Of a stretch of DNA of 51,233 nucleotides, positions 9,473 to 17,965 are shown piece by piece (the stretch's first letter is position 1; each line of letters starts with the position of its first letter). This DNA comes from a virus (taxonomy: Duplodnaviria > Caudoviricetes), in IMG/VR virus record IMGVR_UViG_3300020045_005825, positions 1-51,233 of that record; one strand, given 5' to 3'. The position numbers were made by a program, and so were the translations under genes. The notes beneath the pieces are model-generated. The model was given only the letters and a program-made list of their open reading frames with translations. It did no database searches and was not told the DNA's origin.

Positions 9473-10279
9473 ATGGAATTAATTGAAAAAATCTTAAAAG
9501 AATTAGCCTTTAGTAAAGGTGAAATTGTAGACTTATTAGATGCGGAAAAAGAAGACAGTCGTTCTGAAATTCTATCGGCATGGTCGGCACGTTACAATGA
9601 AGTAATTTTAGACAAGCCTGAAGTTAAAGACAAGTTCAAAAAAGAATGGGAAGGCAAGTTAGGAAAAGAAACCGGCTATAAAGAAAGCGACACACGGCAT
9701 CAAAACCGTATTGAATATTTGCAAAAAGAATTGGAACGAATTAAGGAGCGCAGGAGCAAACAACCCAAAGAAAAAAAAGAATCTACAAGGGAAATACCCG
9801 ATGATGAAAAAGCCATTTTGGATGAAATAGAAAAAGAGCAAACTATTTGGGATGCAGAAAAAGATGCCGCAAGGCAATTCGCCAATGATTACGGTAAAAT
9901 GGAAACCGAAAGAAACAGGCAGTTAAAAAGAGTAGGCGAACTTAATAAGCAAATTGATACTTTACGCAAAGGTGAATTGCCCGAAGGTAAAAAGTTAGAA
10001 CCAAAAATAGATACCCCTGAAATTGAAGCATTGAAGGCTGAAAAAGATGCGCTTGAAAGTAGTGTACGGGCAAGTATTGCTCATGCAAAAAAGATGAAGG
10101 ATTTGGAAGCCGAATTACAGCGTTTGAAAGACAGGAAAGCAAAAGAACCTAAGGAAAGGATTATTCAATTCTGGGCATACGCCCCTCAAAAGTACGTAGA
10201 TTTGGTCGGTGGGAAGCTAAAGGCAGGTTCAATAGCGAGCAAGCTGTTTTGCGAAGTTGTAAAAGCGAGGTTAAATTAA
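9473..10279 (+). CDS. scaffold-like N-terminus fused to unrelated segments (probable chimeric ORF)
   Basis: Composition and codon style change near 9660 and near 10160. Confidence 0.4.
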   Translation: MELIEKILKELAFSKGEIVDLLDAEKEDSRSEILSAWSARYNEVILDKPEVKDKFKKEWEGKLGKETGYKESDTRHQNRIEYLQKELERIKERRSKQPKEKKESTREIPDDEKAILDEIEKEQTIWDAEKDAARQFANDYGKMETERNRQLKRVGELNKQIDTLRKGELPEGKKLEPKIDTPEIEALKAEKDALESSVRASIAHAKKMKDLEAELQRLKDRKAKEPKERIIQFWAYAPQKYVDLVGGKLKAGSIASKLFCEVVKARLN

Positions 10280-10291
10280 AACAAAACTAAA

Positions 10292-11548
10292 ATGAAAATC
10301 GATTTAGTAAAATCACTAAAAGAGCAAGGGATTGCAATCGAAGATGACCAAGTCAAAGTGCTTGACAATCTTTCTGCGTCAATCGAAAAGGCTATGGGCG
10401 ACCAAAAGACCGACTTTGAAACGGCTTTAACCAAAGCGGTTAACGATTCAATCGGCACTCTTGAGAAAGACGATGACGGTAAAACAATCAACCTTATGAC
10501 CCAACTTAAAGGCATTGCCGAAGGGTTGGAATTGTTGAAGAAAAACAGTACCGCCAGAATGGGCGAAGTTGAGAAATTCCAGTTGCGCAAGCTCGTGGAA
10601 AAGGAACATGCAAACATTGTTGAGGCTGTAAAAAGCGGCAAGAAATTAGAGTTCACGTTTAAAGCCGCAGCGATGCACATGACCAACAACGGGACTGTGA
10701 CAAACGCTGAAGGTTTGGATTACCCAGCAACGGACAACTTCATTGTAGACAATGATATTGCAAAAATCCGTTATCCTGAGAACTTTCTTTTGAACTACAT
10801 CCCGAACACGCAATCTTCAAAAGTGCCGGCTCAAATCATCAGAAAAGAGCAAGCGCCAAAAGAAGGTGCCGTAGCGGTAACAGCAGAGGGCGCAGTAAAA
10901 CCGTTGCTTCAATACAAGTTTGTTCGTACAACAACCTCACGTAAGAAATACGCGGGCCGTATCGAATGGACAGAAGAGTTTGAAATGGACTTCGAGGCTT
11001 TATTCCGCGAAATCGTTTTGCTTTTTGAAGAGGACGTTATCAGAACCTGGCAAGATGGTCTTTTAGATGAAATCATCGCAGACGCAGCACCTTACGTTTC
11101 ATCAGTACTTGACGGAACGCTTATGACACCGGATAACGGTTTGGCTGTTGTAGCTGGTCAATCACAATTGAACGCGCTCAACTACTATCCAGACTTGGTT
11201 ATTATGAACCCTGCCGACGTGACTACAATCATGTTCTCACAAGATACCGAAGGAAACTTGAGGTTGTCGCCATACATCGACATGGCGCGTGGAACCATCA
11301 ACGGTATGCGTTTGGTGACTACCAACAAAATTGACATTGGAACCGCGCTTGTTCTGGAAAGCAAATTGTACCGCGAGATTCACTCGGACTTCATTTTGCG
11401 TACCGGCCAATACAACGCACAGCTTATCGAAAACGAATACACGGCCATTGGCGAGGTCTTCTCTATCTTGAGGATTGCCGAACGCGACTTGGTTGGTGTA
11501 GTGGAATTGGATTTGGCAGCGGTTAGATCAGCACTTCAATCAGCATAA
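10292..11548 (+). CDS. major capsid protein, HK97 fold with N-terminal delta domain
   Basis: Coiled-coil N-terminus; VTAEGAVKP, KKYAGRIEWTEE, IMNPAD motifs. Confidence 0.9.
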   Translation: MKIDLVKSLKEQGIAIEDDQVKVLDNLSASIEKAMGDQKTDFETALTKAVNDSIGTLEKDDDGKTINLMTQLKGIAEGLELLKKNSTARMGEVEKFQLRKLVEKEHANIVEAVKSGKKLEFTFKAAAMHMTNNGTVTNAEGLDYPATDNFIVDNDIAKIRYPENFLLNYIPNTQSSKVPAQIIRKEQAPKEGAVAVTAEGAVKPLLQYKFVRTTTSRKKYAGRIEWTEEFEMDFEALFREIVLLFEEDVIRTWQDGLLDEIIADAAPYVSSVLDGTLMTPDNGLAVVAGQSQLNALNYYPDLVIMNPADVTTIMFSQDTEGNLRLSPYIDMARGTINGMRLVTTNKIDIGTALVLESKLYREIHSDFILRTGQYNAQLIENEYTAIGEVFSILRIAERDLVGVVELDLAAVRSALQSA

Positions 11549-11566
11549 CTTTAAAAAACAGAAAAC

Positions 11567-11821
11567 ATGCCAAAAGTAGAATTAAAAAAGTCTGGTAAAG
11601 ACTTAGACAAAACGGACGTAGTGATTGGAATTAACTCGAAAGACGACTACATGGTTGTAAAAGGCCTAAAAGGAAGTCACTTCGAGGGACAAACCAAAGT
11701 ACTGCATAAGATTGCAGGGCAAAAACTTGTTGACAAAAAACACGCAGAAGTAGCTAAGGCCGACTTCACTGTTTCGACAAGCAAGAACCGAAACTCAGTA
11801 GACATCGAAGAGAACAAGTAA
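11567..11821 (+). CDS. small basic protein downstream of capsid
   Basis: 84 aa, good AT-rich start context. Confidence 0.7.
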   Translation: MPKVELKKSGKDLDKTDVVIGINSKDDYMVVKGLKGSHFEGQTKVLHKIAGQKLVDKKHAEVAKADFTVSTSKNRNSVDIEENK

Positions 11822-11824
11822 AAA

Positions 11825-12478
11825 ATGATAATCAACAGCTCGTATTTCCAATCCAAAGAAACGTATATTCCCAATGCGGTGGCGCAGCCATCAATTGGGA
11901 GCAATACGCCAAATGCAGCCTCACAGTTGCAGATGGAAATCGATGGGCGAGAGTATGAGTTGTTGGTGTCTTTTTTAGGTAGCGTACAAGCGGACGAGTT
12001 GCTTGCTCAATTTGAGACGAATGGGACTTGGAAGCCAACCGCATTGCAGAAATGGAAAAACCTCGTTGACGGTGTTTTGTATACCAGCAACACAAAGAAA
12101 TGGAACGGACTTCGGTATACAATCGGAACTAAAAAAATTAGCCTGATTGCCGATTACGTATTTTTCCACTATTTGGCCGATGACTACAAATCATACAATA
12201 CACCAGGGATCCAAATAGCAAAGTCAGAGAATGCTATCAACCAAACGCCGAACGCGTCACAGGCAAAAGCATGGAATCGGTTTGCTATGCGTTACGGATA
12301 CAACAATGTCGGTCACGTCGATTACAGTTTCTTTAGGAATTGGAATGGACAGGGATTACGTTGGAACGCGTCGAACGGTAACGAGATTACGCTGTACAGG
12401 TTTATGACCGACAACGGCGAAGTTTACGATACGTCTTTCTTTACGCCGCAGGGACTTATAAGCGATACAAACCTATGA
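11825..12478 (+). CDS. head-tail adaptor / head completion protein
   Basis: Position after capsid; MIINSSYF, SLIADYVFFHYL. Confidence 0.65.
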   Translation: MIINSSYFQSKETYIPNAVAQPSIGSNTPNAASQLQMEIDGREYELLVSFLGSVQADELLAQFETNGTWKPTALQKWKNLVDGVLYTSNTKKWNGLRYTIGTKKISLIADYVFFHYLADDYKSYNTPGIQIAKSENAINQTPNASQAKAWNRFAMRYGYNNVGHVDYSFFRNWNGQGLRWNASNGNEITLYRFMTDNGEVYDTSFFTPQGLISDTNL

Positions 12479-12975
12479 TAGTCGTTGAGGAAAGATTAAC
12501 CGAAGCGTTTAGTCAGTTACCAGAGATTGACGGGTTTAAGCCTTTTTACGATTGGGGAAACAAATACCAGCTTATTAAGCAAATGGAATTGTTCTCTAAG
12601 GAAAGCAAAAGCATTTACCCGCTGATTTACCAAACCAGCACAGGAAGCAACCAGAATGAAGTTGCCAGGATTTGCGAGGCTAAATTGGTTTTGATATTGG
12701 CTTGCCAGAATGTGCAGGTTGATTTAACCAACAAAGAGCGATGGGCAATGAGTTACCGTAACATTTTGAATCCACTACTTATGAATATCGTAACGTGCTT
12801 CAACAAAGCAGGGATATTTAACTGGGACGGTAAATACCGAATCGACAACCTACCCAATTACGGGGACGGAGACAAAAATGAGACGGTTGATATTTGGGAC
12901 GCTATTCGCTTTGAGATCACAAGCAACAACGGCATAACTATAAATGATACATGCATTAACGAAATAAGATTTTAA
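12475..12975 (+). CDS. putative tail terminator / neck protein
   Basis: YPLIY motif, ATGA coupling, position before tail tube. Confidence 0.6.
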   Translation: MIVVEERLTEAFSQLPEIDGFKPFYDWGNKYQLIKQMELFSKESKSIYPLIYQTSTGSNQNEVARICEAKLVLILACQNVQVDLTNKERWAMSYRNILNPLLMNIVTCFNKAGIFNWDGKYRIDNLPNYGDGDKNETVDIWDAIRFEITSNNGITINDTCINEIRF

Positions 12976-12977
12976 AC

Positions 12978-13142
12978 ATGGCAAACGAAGAAATAAAAAA
13001 AGACGAACCTAAAACACAACAGTTTAAGGTAATTGCGAAAGGCGGTGTCACTATCGACAAGTTTTACGCATTTGGACAGAGAGTAGAGCTTTCTGACAAG
13101 AAACAAATCAAAGTATTAACAGAACAAAAACTCATTAAATAA
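12978..13142 (+). CDS. small hypothetical protein (54 aa, not in ORF track)
   Basis: MANEEIKKDEPKTQQFKVIAKGG...KLIK*; fills the gap and couples by TAATG to tail tube. Confidence 0.7.
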   Translation: MANEEIKKDEPKTQQFKVIAKGGVTIDKFYAFGQRVELSDKKQIKVLTEQKLIK

Positions 13143-14047
13143 TGGTACCACTATTAATGAATGTTATCGATTGTTCCGCACAAGGGGCTTTAGGTACGGG
13201 AATCGCAGGTTGCAGAACAAACAGAAAGAGGGTGCAAACCTTATACCTGTTCCCTGCTGGGTTTATATTCGATACGGACGTTATCGATAAAGACTACATG
13301 GAGGGCCTGCAGGTAGCTGGCAAACTTATCATTTTGGAAAACGTTGTTGATTTCGTAGATTCAACACCTGATGACAGCTATGCTACAAGAAACGGATCGG
13401 GCTTAAAAACTTTACTAACTCAATTTCCTTACGAGTACACCGCGTCTTTAGACAATGGGTACAGACAACAGGCGTCATTGGATTCGCTTTCCGGCAACGG
13501 AAATCTAAGTTTGGCTGTTGGGGACGTTGACGATGTGATTTGGTTTACGACCGATTCAGAAGGAAACGCCAAGCCATTTACGCTTACTGTTCACCAAGCG
13601 GGAAAATATCTTGGTGAGGACGGAACGAACCAGGCATCAGAAACGTTTTTCGTTCAATTGGCAAACAGAAAAGAGGTTGACCGTAGAATGGCAATGTTGA
13701 AACCGACTGATTTTGGGTCAACCGACTTGCACGGTATAAACGACGTTACCATTACGATTTTACCTGTTGCGGCTGCTGCTACGACATTGGTATTTAAACC
13801 GATGCTTAACGACGGAACGCACTTAGCAGAAGGGTTAGTTATTGCTGACTATGTATTTACAAAGAACGGTTCGCCAATTACGCCAACGGGATTAACAGTA
13901 GACACTACTGCAAAAACAGTAACCGTAACCGTTCCAACCGTAACCGCTGCCGACGTCTATACTTTGAAAATCGACGGTATTCAATTGGTGCCATCAGGTC
14001 TTCTATACAAAACCGTTGCGACCGCTTCAGTTATTGCGACAGCGTAA
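13142..14047 (+). CDS. major tail tube protein with C-terminal Ig-like domain
   Basis: 301 aa; T/V-rich beta C-terminus; terminator follows; upstream of tape measure. Confidence 0.75.
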   Translation: MVPLLMNVIDCSAQGALGTGIAGCRTNRKRVQTLYLFPAGFIFDTDVIDKDYMEGLQVAGKLIILENVVDFVDSTPDDSYATRNGSGLKTLLTQFPYEYTASLDNGYRQQASLDSLSGNGNLSLAVGDVDDVIWFTTDSEGNAKPFTLTVHQAGKYLGEDGTNQASETFFVQLANRKEVDRRMAMLKPTDFGSTDLHGINDVTITILPVAAAATTLVFKPMLNDGTHLAEGLVIADYVFTKNGSPITPTGLTVDTTAKTVTVTVPTVTAADVYTLKIDGIQLVPSGLLYKTVATASVIATA

Positions 14048-14068
14048 TACAATTTAGATCAACTATTT

Positions 14069-14099
14069 AAAAGCCGTTGCATTAGTAGCGGCTTTTTTT
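14069..14099 (+). terminator. intrinsic terminator
   Basis: AAGCCGTTGC/GTAGCGGCTT plus T run. Confidence 0.85.
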
Positions 14100-14105
14100 G
14101 AAAAT

Positions 14106-14540
14106 ATGCGAACCGTTAGGGATTATATCGACGCTTGTCAGTACGTTTTGGATAACATAGATTCCGAAACCGATCGCATACTTGCGGACAATAAAGAGGA
14201 AATACTCGACCTTAACCGAGAAAGGCAATTATTCGACAAAGGTATTGATTCGCTTGGTGACGCACTGAGACCATACGCGCGCATAACGATATTCGAAAAA
14301 CGACAGCGGGGATTGCCTTACAACCGAACGACGTTGTTCAATTACGGGAATTTTTACGAGGGTTTCGATTATCTTTTCAGGAGCAACAAATTGTCGATAT
14401 TTTCGCGAGATTACAAATCAGGCGAGTTGCAGGATAAGTACGGAACTTCTATCTTTGGATTAACGCCGGACAATGAACGTATATTGAATTACGAGATTGT
14501 AAAACCTGAATTAGACAACTTCATTAAAAAGTATTTATAA
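14106..14540 (+). CDS. neck/tail completion protein (HK97 gp10-like)
   Basis: LNRERQLFDKG, TLFNYGNFY, KYG..IFGLT pattern. Confidence 0.6.
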   Translation: MRTVRDYIDACQYVLDNIDSETDRILADNKEEILDLNRERQLFDKGIDSLGDALRPYARITIFEKRQRGLPYNRTTLFNYGNFYEGFDYLFRSNKLSIFSRDYKSGELQDKYGTSIFGLTPDNERILNYEIVKPELDNFIKKYL

Positions 14541-15196
14541 TGCAATACGGACAGAAACAAAAGACAGTGGCACTCGATCCCGCGAACCTTTACCGCAGCA
14601 TATCAGAAATGCCGCTATTCAATTTCGACCAATATAGACGAACGCTCAACAACAGTTGGTTTGTGGTCGGCTATGACGGCAGGCAAAAAGCGTTAAATCC
14701 AGATCTGATTAAGCCCATTGAGGAATTTGTCAATGAGGAATACTACACGCGGATAAATGACAGGTCTTTTGCTGTATTCATCAACAAACTAGCTAAGATT
14801 GAATCGTTCAAAATGAAGTATTTCGCCACGTCTACCATCGTTGAGCGCATGGCAAAAGGGTTCGGAAACGACGTGCAGCAGCAGTTAGTGCGCAAAAAGT
14901 ACATCGACGAGCTGGCAAAATACGGTTTCAAAATTGAGTTTATGGCGAATGTCGAGGAAGATTTAGCCGCATTATCCACCATATCCACGCAAATACAGGG
15001 CTACAAAACGCAAATCGAGCTGATTAAGGATGAATTGCGCAAGAAAGGCAACAAGGAATCACTCTCGTTGGGAAAACAGCTTAAAATCGTTTCTCAGGCC
15101 TTACGGTTGGGTTACCTGATAAACTCAAAAGATATTACCGTTTTGGATTGGATTGAATACACCGAGCAAATGGCCGACTTGGCTGTAAAGAATTAA
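14540..15196 (+). CDS. putative tail assembly chaperone
   Basis: Helical 218 aa directly before tape measure. Confidence 0.55.
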   Translation: MQYGQKQKTVALDPANLYRSISEMPLFNFDQYRRTLNNSWFVVGYDGRQKALNPDLIKPIEEFVNEEYYTRINDRSFAVFINKLAKIESFKMKYFATSTIVERMAKGFGNDVQQQLVRKKYIDELAKYGFKIEFMANVEEDLAALSTISTQIQGYKTQIELIKDELRKKGNKESLSLGKQLKIVSQALRLGYLINSKDITVLDWIEYTEQMADLAVKN

Positions 15197-15199
15197 GAT

Positions 15200-17965
15200 A
15201 TGAGCAATGCGATTGATATTGTAGTAAAAAAAGAGGCGGTTGATGGGGTTACGCAACTATTGGGCGTACTCACCCAAGTCGATGACCTGATTTTAAAAGT
15301 TTCATCCGATGCGCTAAAGTTCAACCAGAACTTATCGAGTATCAAAACCCCTGCTGACTTATCGGCTCAAACCACGCGTAACAAAGCAAGTGTTGATTCG
15401 ATGAACGCGGCTATGAAAGTGACCGATGACATTGAAAAACAGCTCGTTGTTACTACTGAAAAATTAGCTGCTGCGAATTCTGCGAACGCTAAGGAATTGG
15501 CGAAGTTGCGCGTTGAACTGGCTAATACCAACAAAGAAACCAAGAAACAAGCACAGGACGCACTCGGATTAATCAACAGCTACGATAAACTATCACAGGA
15601 GTTGATTGACCTTAGGCGTGAAGCAAAAGCCACTGCGGTAACATTCGGTATTGAAAGTGAGCAATTCAAAAAACAAGCGGTTGCGGTTCAGGAGTTGGAC
15701 GGTAAACTTAAAAAGATTGACCAAACTTTGGGGCAGTCGCAGCGGAATGTCGGTAACTATGGAAGTGGATACAATGCGCTCGGAACTTCTATATCGAGGC
15801 TATCACAGGAACTACCAAACTTAGGACAATCCGCTCAAATATTTGCTCTTTCTATTGGAAACAACTTCGGACAATTGAAAGACGCGGTTGACGGTTTGAT
15901 AGCTCAAAACAAAATACTGCAGGCCGAAGGAAAGCCAACGGTAAATATCTTTAAGCAAATATTTTCGCAGGTATTCTCTTTGAATACCCTATTTTATGTC
16001 GCTATTGCTTTATTTGTAACATTCGGAAAAGAAATAGGAGAATTTACATCGAAATTATTTTCAGGCTCAAAAGGATTAAATGCTTATACAGAATCAACCA
16101 AAGCGCTATCCGAAGCAACCAAAGAGGCTACGAAAAACAGCGCACAGGAATTGAATGCATTACAGGCTAACCTTGCTATTGCTAAAAACGCCAACTTACC
16201 ATTAAAAGAGCGTGAAATTGCATACAAAAACCTTAACGACCAATATCCGTTCTACTTTGAAAACCTTACCAAAGAGCAGGTTTTGGCAGGGGAAACGGCA
16301 GCAGCAGAAAGAGCGTTAACCGACGCTATTATAGCACGTGCCAAAGCCAACGCGATTGTTGCTAAGATTACAGAAAACCAAGGCAAAATCGTTGACTTGG
16401 AGCAAGAGCGCATTGACTTGCAGAACGAATTAACCGAAGCAATAAGGCAAAACAACGCAGCCGTTAAGCAAAGTATTGGTGACCGTTCTCGTGGCGATGC
16501 TGCGGGACTCCGTTCATTGCAAACCACCAAAAATATATCCACAGTTCAAAAGGAATTGCTTAAGAATCAACAGGCGATAAATGAACTTAATCGATTTAGT
16601 GATAGGTTGACTGCCGCCGCTTTGGTCAACCAAGAAAAAGCGATTGGCTTGGATTACAAGAAAGAGAAATCAGGCAAAGAAACTAAACGCGCCAAAGTAG
16701 AGGAAATCGACACCAACTTAAAAGCCGCAGAATCAACCAAAGGGTTAATCGAGCAGCTCGAGCTATTCATCAAAGAACTTGAAGCAGAACAGCGATTAAT
16801 CACAACAACCAAAGAGCAATTCGACGAGTACCAAAAGACTATTGATCGGGTTAAATTCTCTATTCAGGGATTGACTACGGGTTACAATGCGCTCAAGAAT
16901 GGCAGCAAGGAGTTTACTGATGAATTTACCAGGCAGACTAAAGGCGCGGAGAATTTAAAGAAATCGATTGCTATATTGAGGGAGGAAACAAACGCGTACT
17001 TGGAAACGTTCTCTAAAGATTTTGTGTCAAACGGCGCGTTAAGTGCTTTGACAACTTTTTTCGATGGTAGTTTTCAGAAACGACTTGCGGGGGCTTTGGA
17101 TGAATTCGGAAATCCTGATAATCTAAAACAGGCTCAAGTTTATTTCCAGACTATCGTTGAGTTTGCGCAACAGGCCTACAATTTAATAAGTGAGGCATCA
17201 CAAAAGAATTTTGACGCAGAATACGAAAGACTGGAAAGCCAAAAGAATATTGCCATTGCCTTTGCGGGTGAATCCGATGTAGCTAAAGCCGAAATCGAAA
17301 GACAGGCCGAGCAGCGCAGGAGAGAGATTGAAAAGCGCGAGCAAAAGGTAAAACAAGAGGCAGCTATTGTCAATACCGTTATCAATACGGCTCAAGCGGT
17401 AGTGTCGGCACTTGCAACGGCTAATAATATTTATGCGGGGATTGCGTTGGCCGCATTTGCAGCAGCAACCGGAGCGGCTCAAATTGCTATCATTAAGTCG
17501 CAGAAAGTATCAGCGTACTGGCAAGGCGGAACGCACGAGGGCGGGCTTATGCGCGTGAATGATGACCCAATGAGAGTGAAAGGCAGTAACTACAAAGAGG
17601 TGGTAAAAACGCCAGACGGTATAATCCACAGGCCGCAAGGTCGTGACGTTCTGATGAACGCTCCAAGAGGAACCGAGATTTACAAAGACGAGGACGCGTT
17701 TAAAAAATCATTGGACGTTATGCTAAATGATGCGGGTGTTGCGCCTATTCGTGAGTACGAGGGCAGGCAGTCGATTGTTGTTGCTCAACAACCAGCATTC
17801 ACACAAGCCCACGTTAACCAAATCGTATCGGCAATACACGCAATACCAGTAGCCGAAAACTATATTGAGGACGGCGATTTTAAGTTTGCGATAAAGAAAA
17901 GCAACACCCGACAGGAAATTATGAACGGACGCGCAACCCAAACAGGCAAAACAACACGTGGCTAA
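15200..17965 (+). CDS. tape measure protein
   Basis: 921 aa, A/K/E/Q coiled coil, QRNVGNY motif, hydrophobic stretches. Confidence 0.9.
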   Translation: MSNAIDIVVKKEAVDGVTQLLGVLTQVDDLILKVSSDALKFNQNLSSIKTPADLSAQTTRNKASVDSMNAAMKVTDDIEKQLVVTTEKLAAANSANAKELAKLRVELANTNKETKKQAQDALGLINSYDKLSQELIDLRREAKATAVTFGIESEQFKKQAVAVQELDGKLKKIDQTLGQSQRNVGNYGSGYNALGTSISRLSQELPNLGQSAQIFALSIGNNFGQLKDAVDGLIAQNKILQAEGKPTVNIFKQIFSQVFSLNTLFYVAIALFVTFGKEIGEFTSKLFSGSKGLNAYTESTKALSEATKEATKNSAQELNALQANLAIAKNANLPLKEREIAYKNLNDQYPFYFENLTKEQVLAGETAAAERALTDAIIARAKANAIVAKITENQGKIVDLEQERIDLQNELTEAIRQNNAAVKQSIGDRSRGDAAGLRSLQTTKNISTVQKELLKNQQAINELNRFSDRLTAAALVNQEKAIGLDYKKEKSGKETKRAKVEEIDTNLKAAESTKGLIEQLELFIKELEAEQRLITTTKEQFDEYQKTIDRVKFSIQGLTTGYNALKNGSKEFTDEFTRQTKGAENLKKSIAILREETNAYLETFSKDFVSNGALSALTTFFDGSFQKRLAGALDEFGNPDNLKQAQVYFQTIVEFAQQAYNLISEASQKNFDAEYERLESQKNIAIAFAGESDVAKAEIERQAEQRRREIEKREQKVKQEAAIVNTVINTAQAVVSALATANNIYAGIALAAFAAATGAAQIAIIKSQKVSAYWQGGTHEGGLMRVNDDPMRVKGSNYKEVVKTPDGIIHRPQGRDVLMNAPRGTEIYKDEDAFKKSLDVMLNDAGVAPIREYEGRQSIVVAQQPAFTQAHVNQIVSAIHAIPVAENYIEDGDFKFAIKKSNTRQEIMNGRATQTGKTTRG

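Noticed and set aside
14540-15200. Programmed frameshift in tail chaperone
   Set aside because: A single ORF runs up to the tape measure gene; no second frame needs joining.
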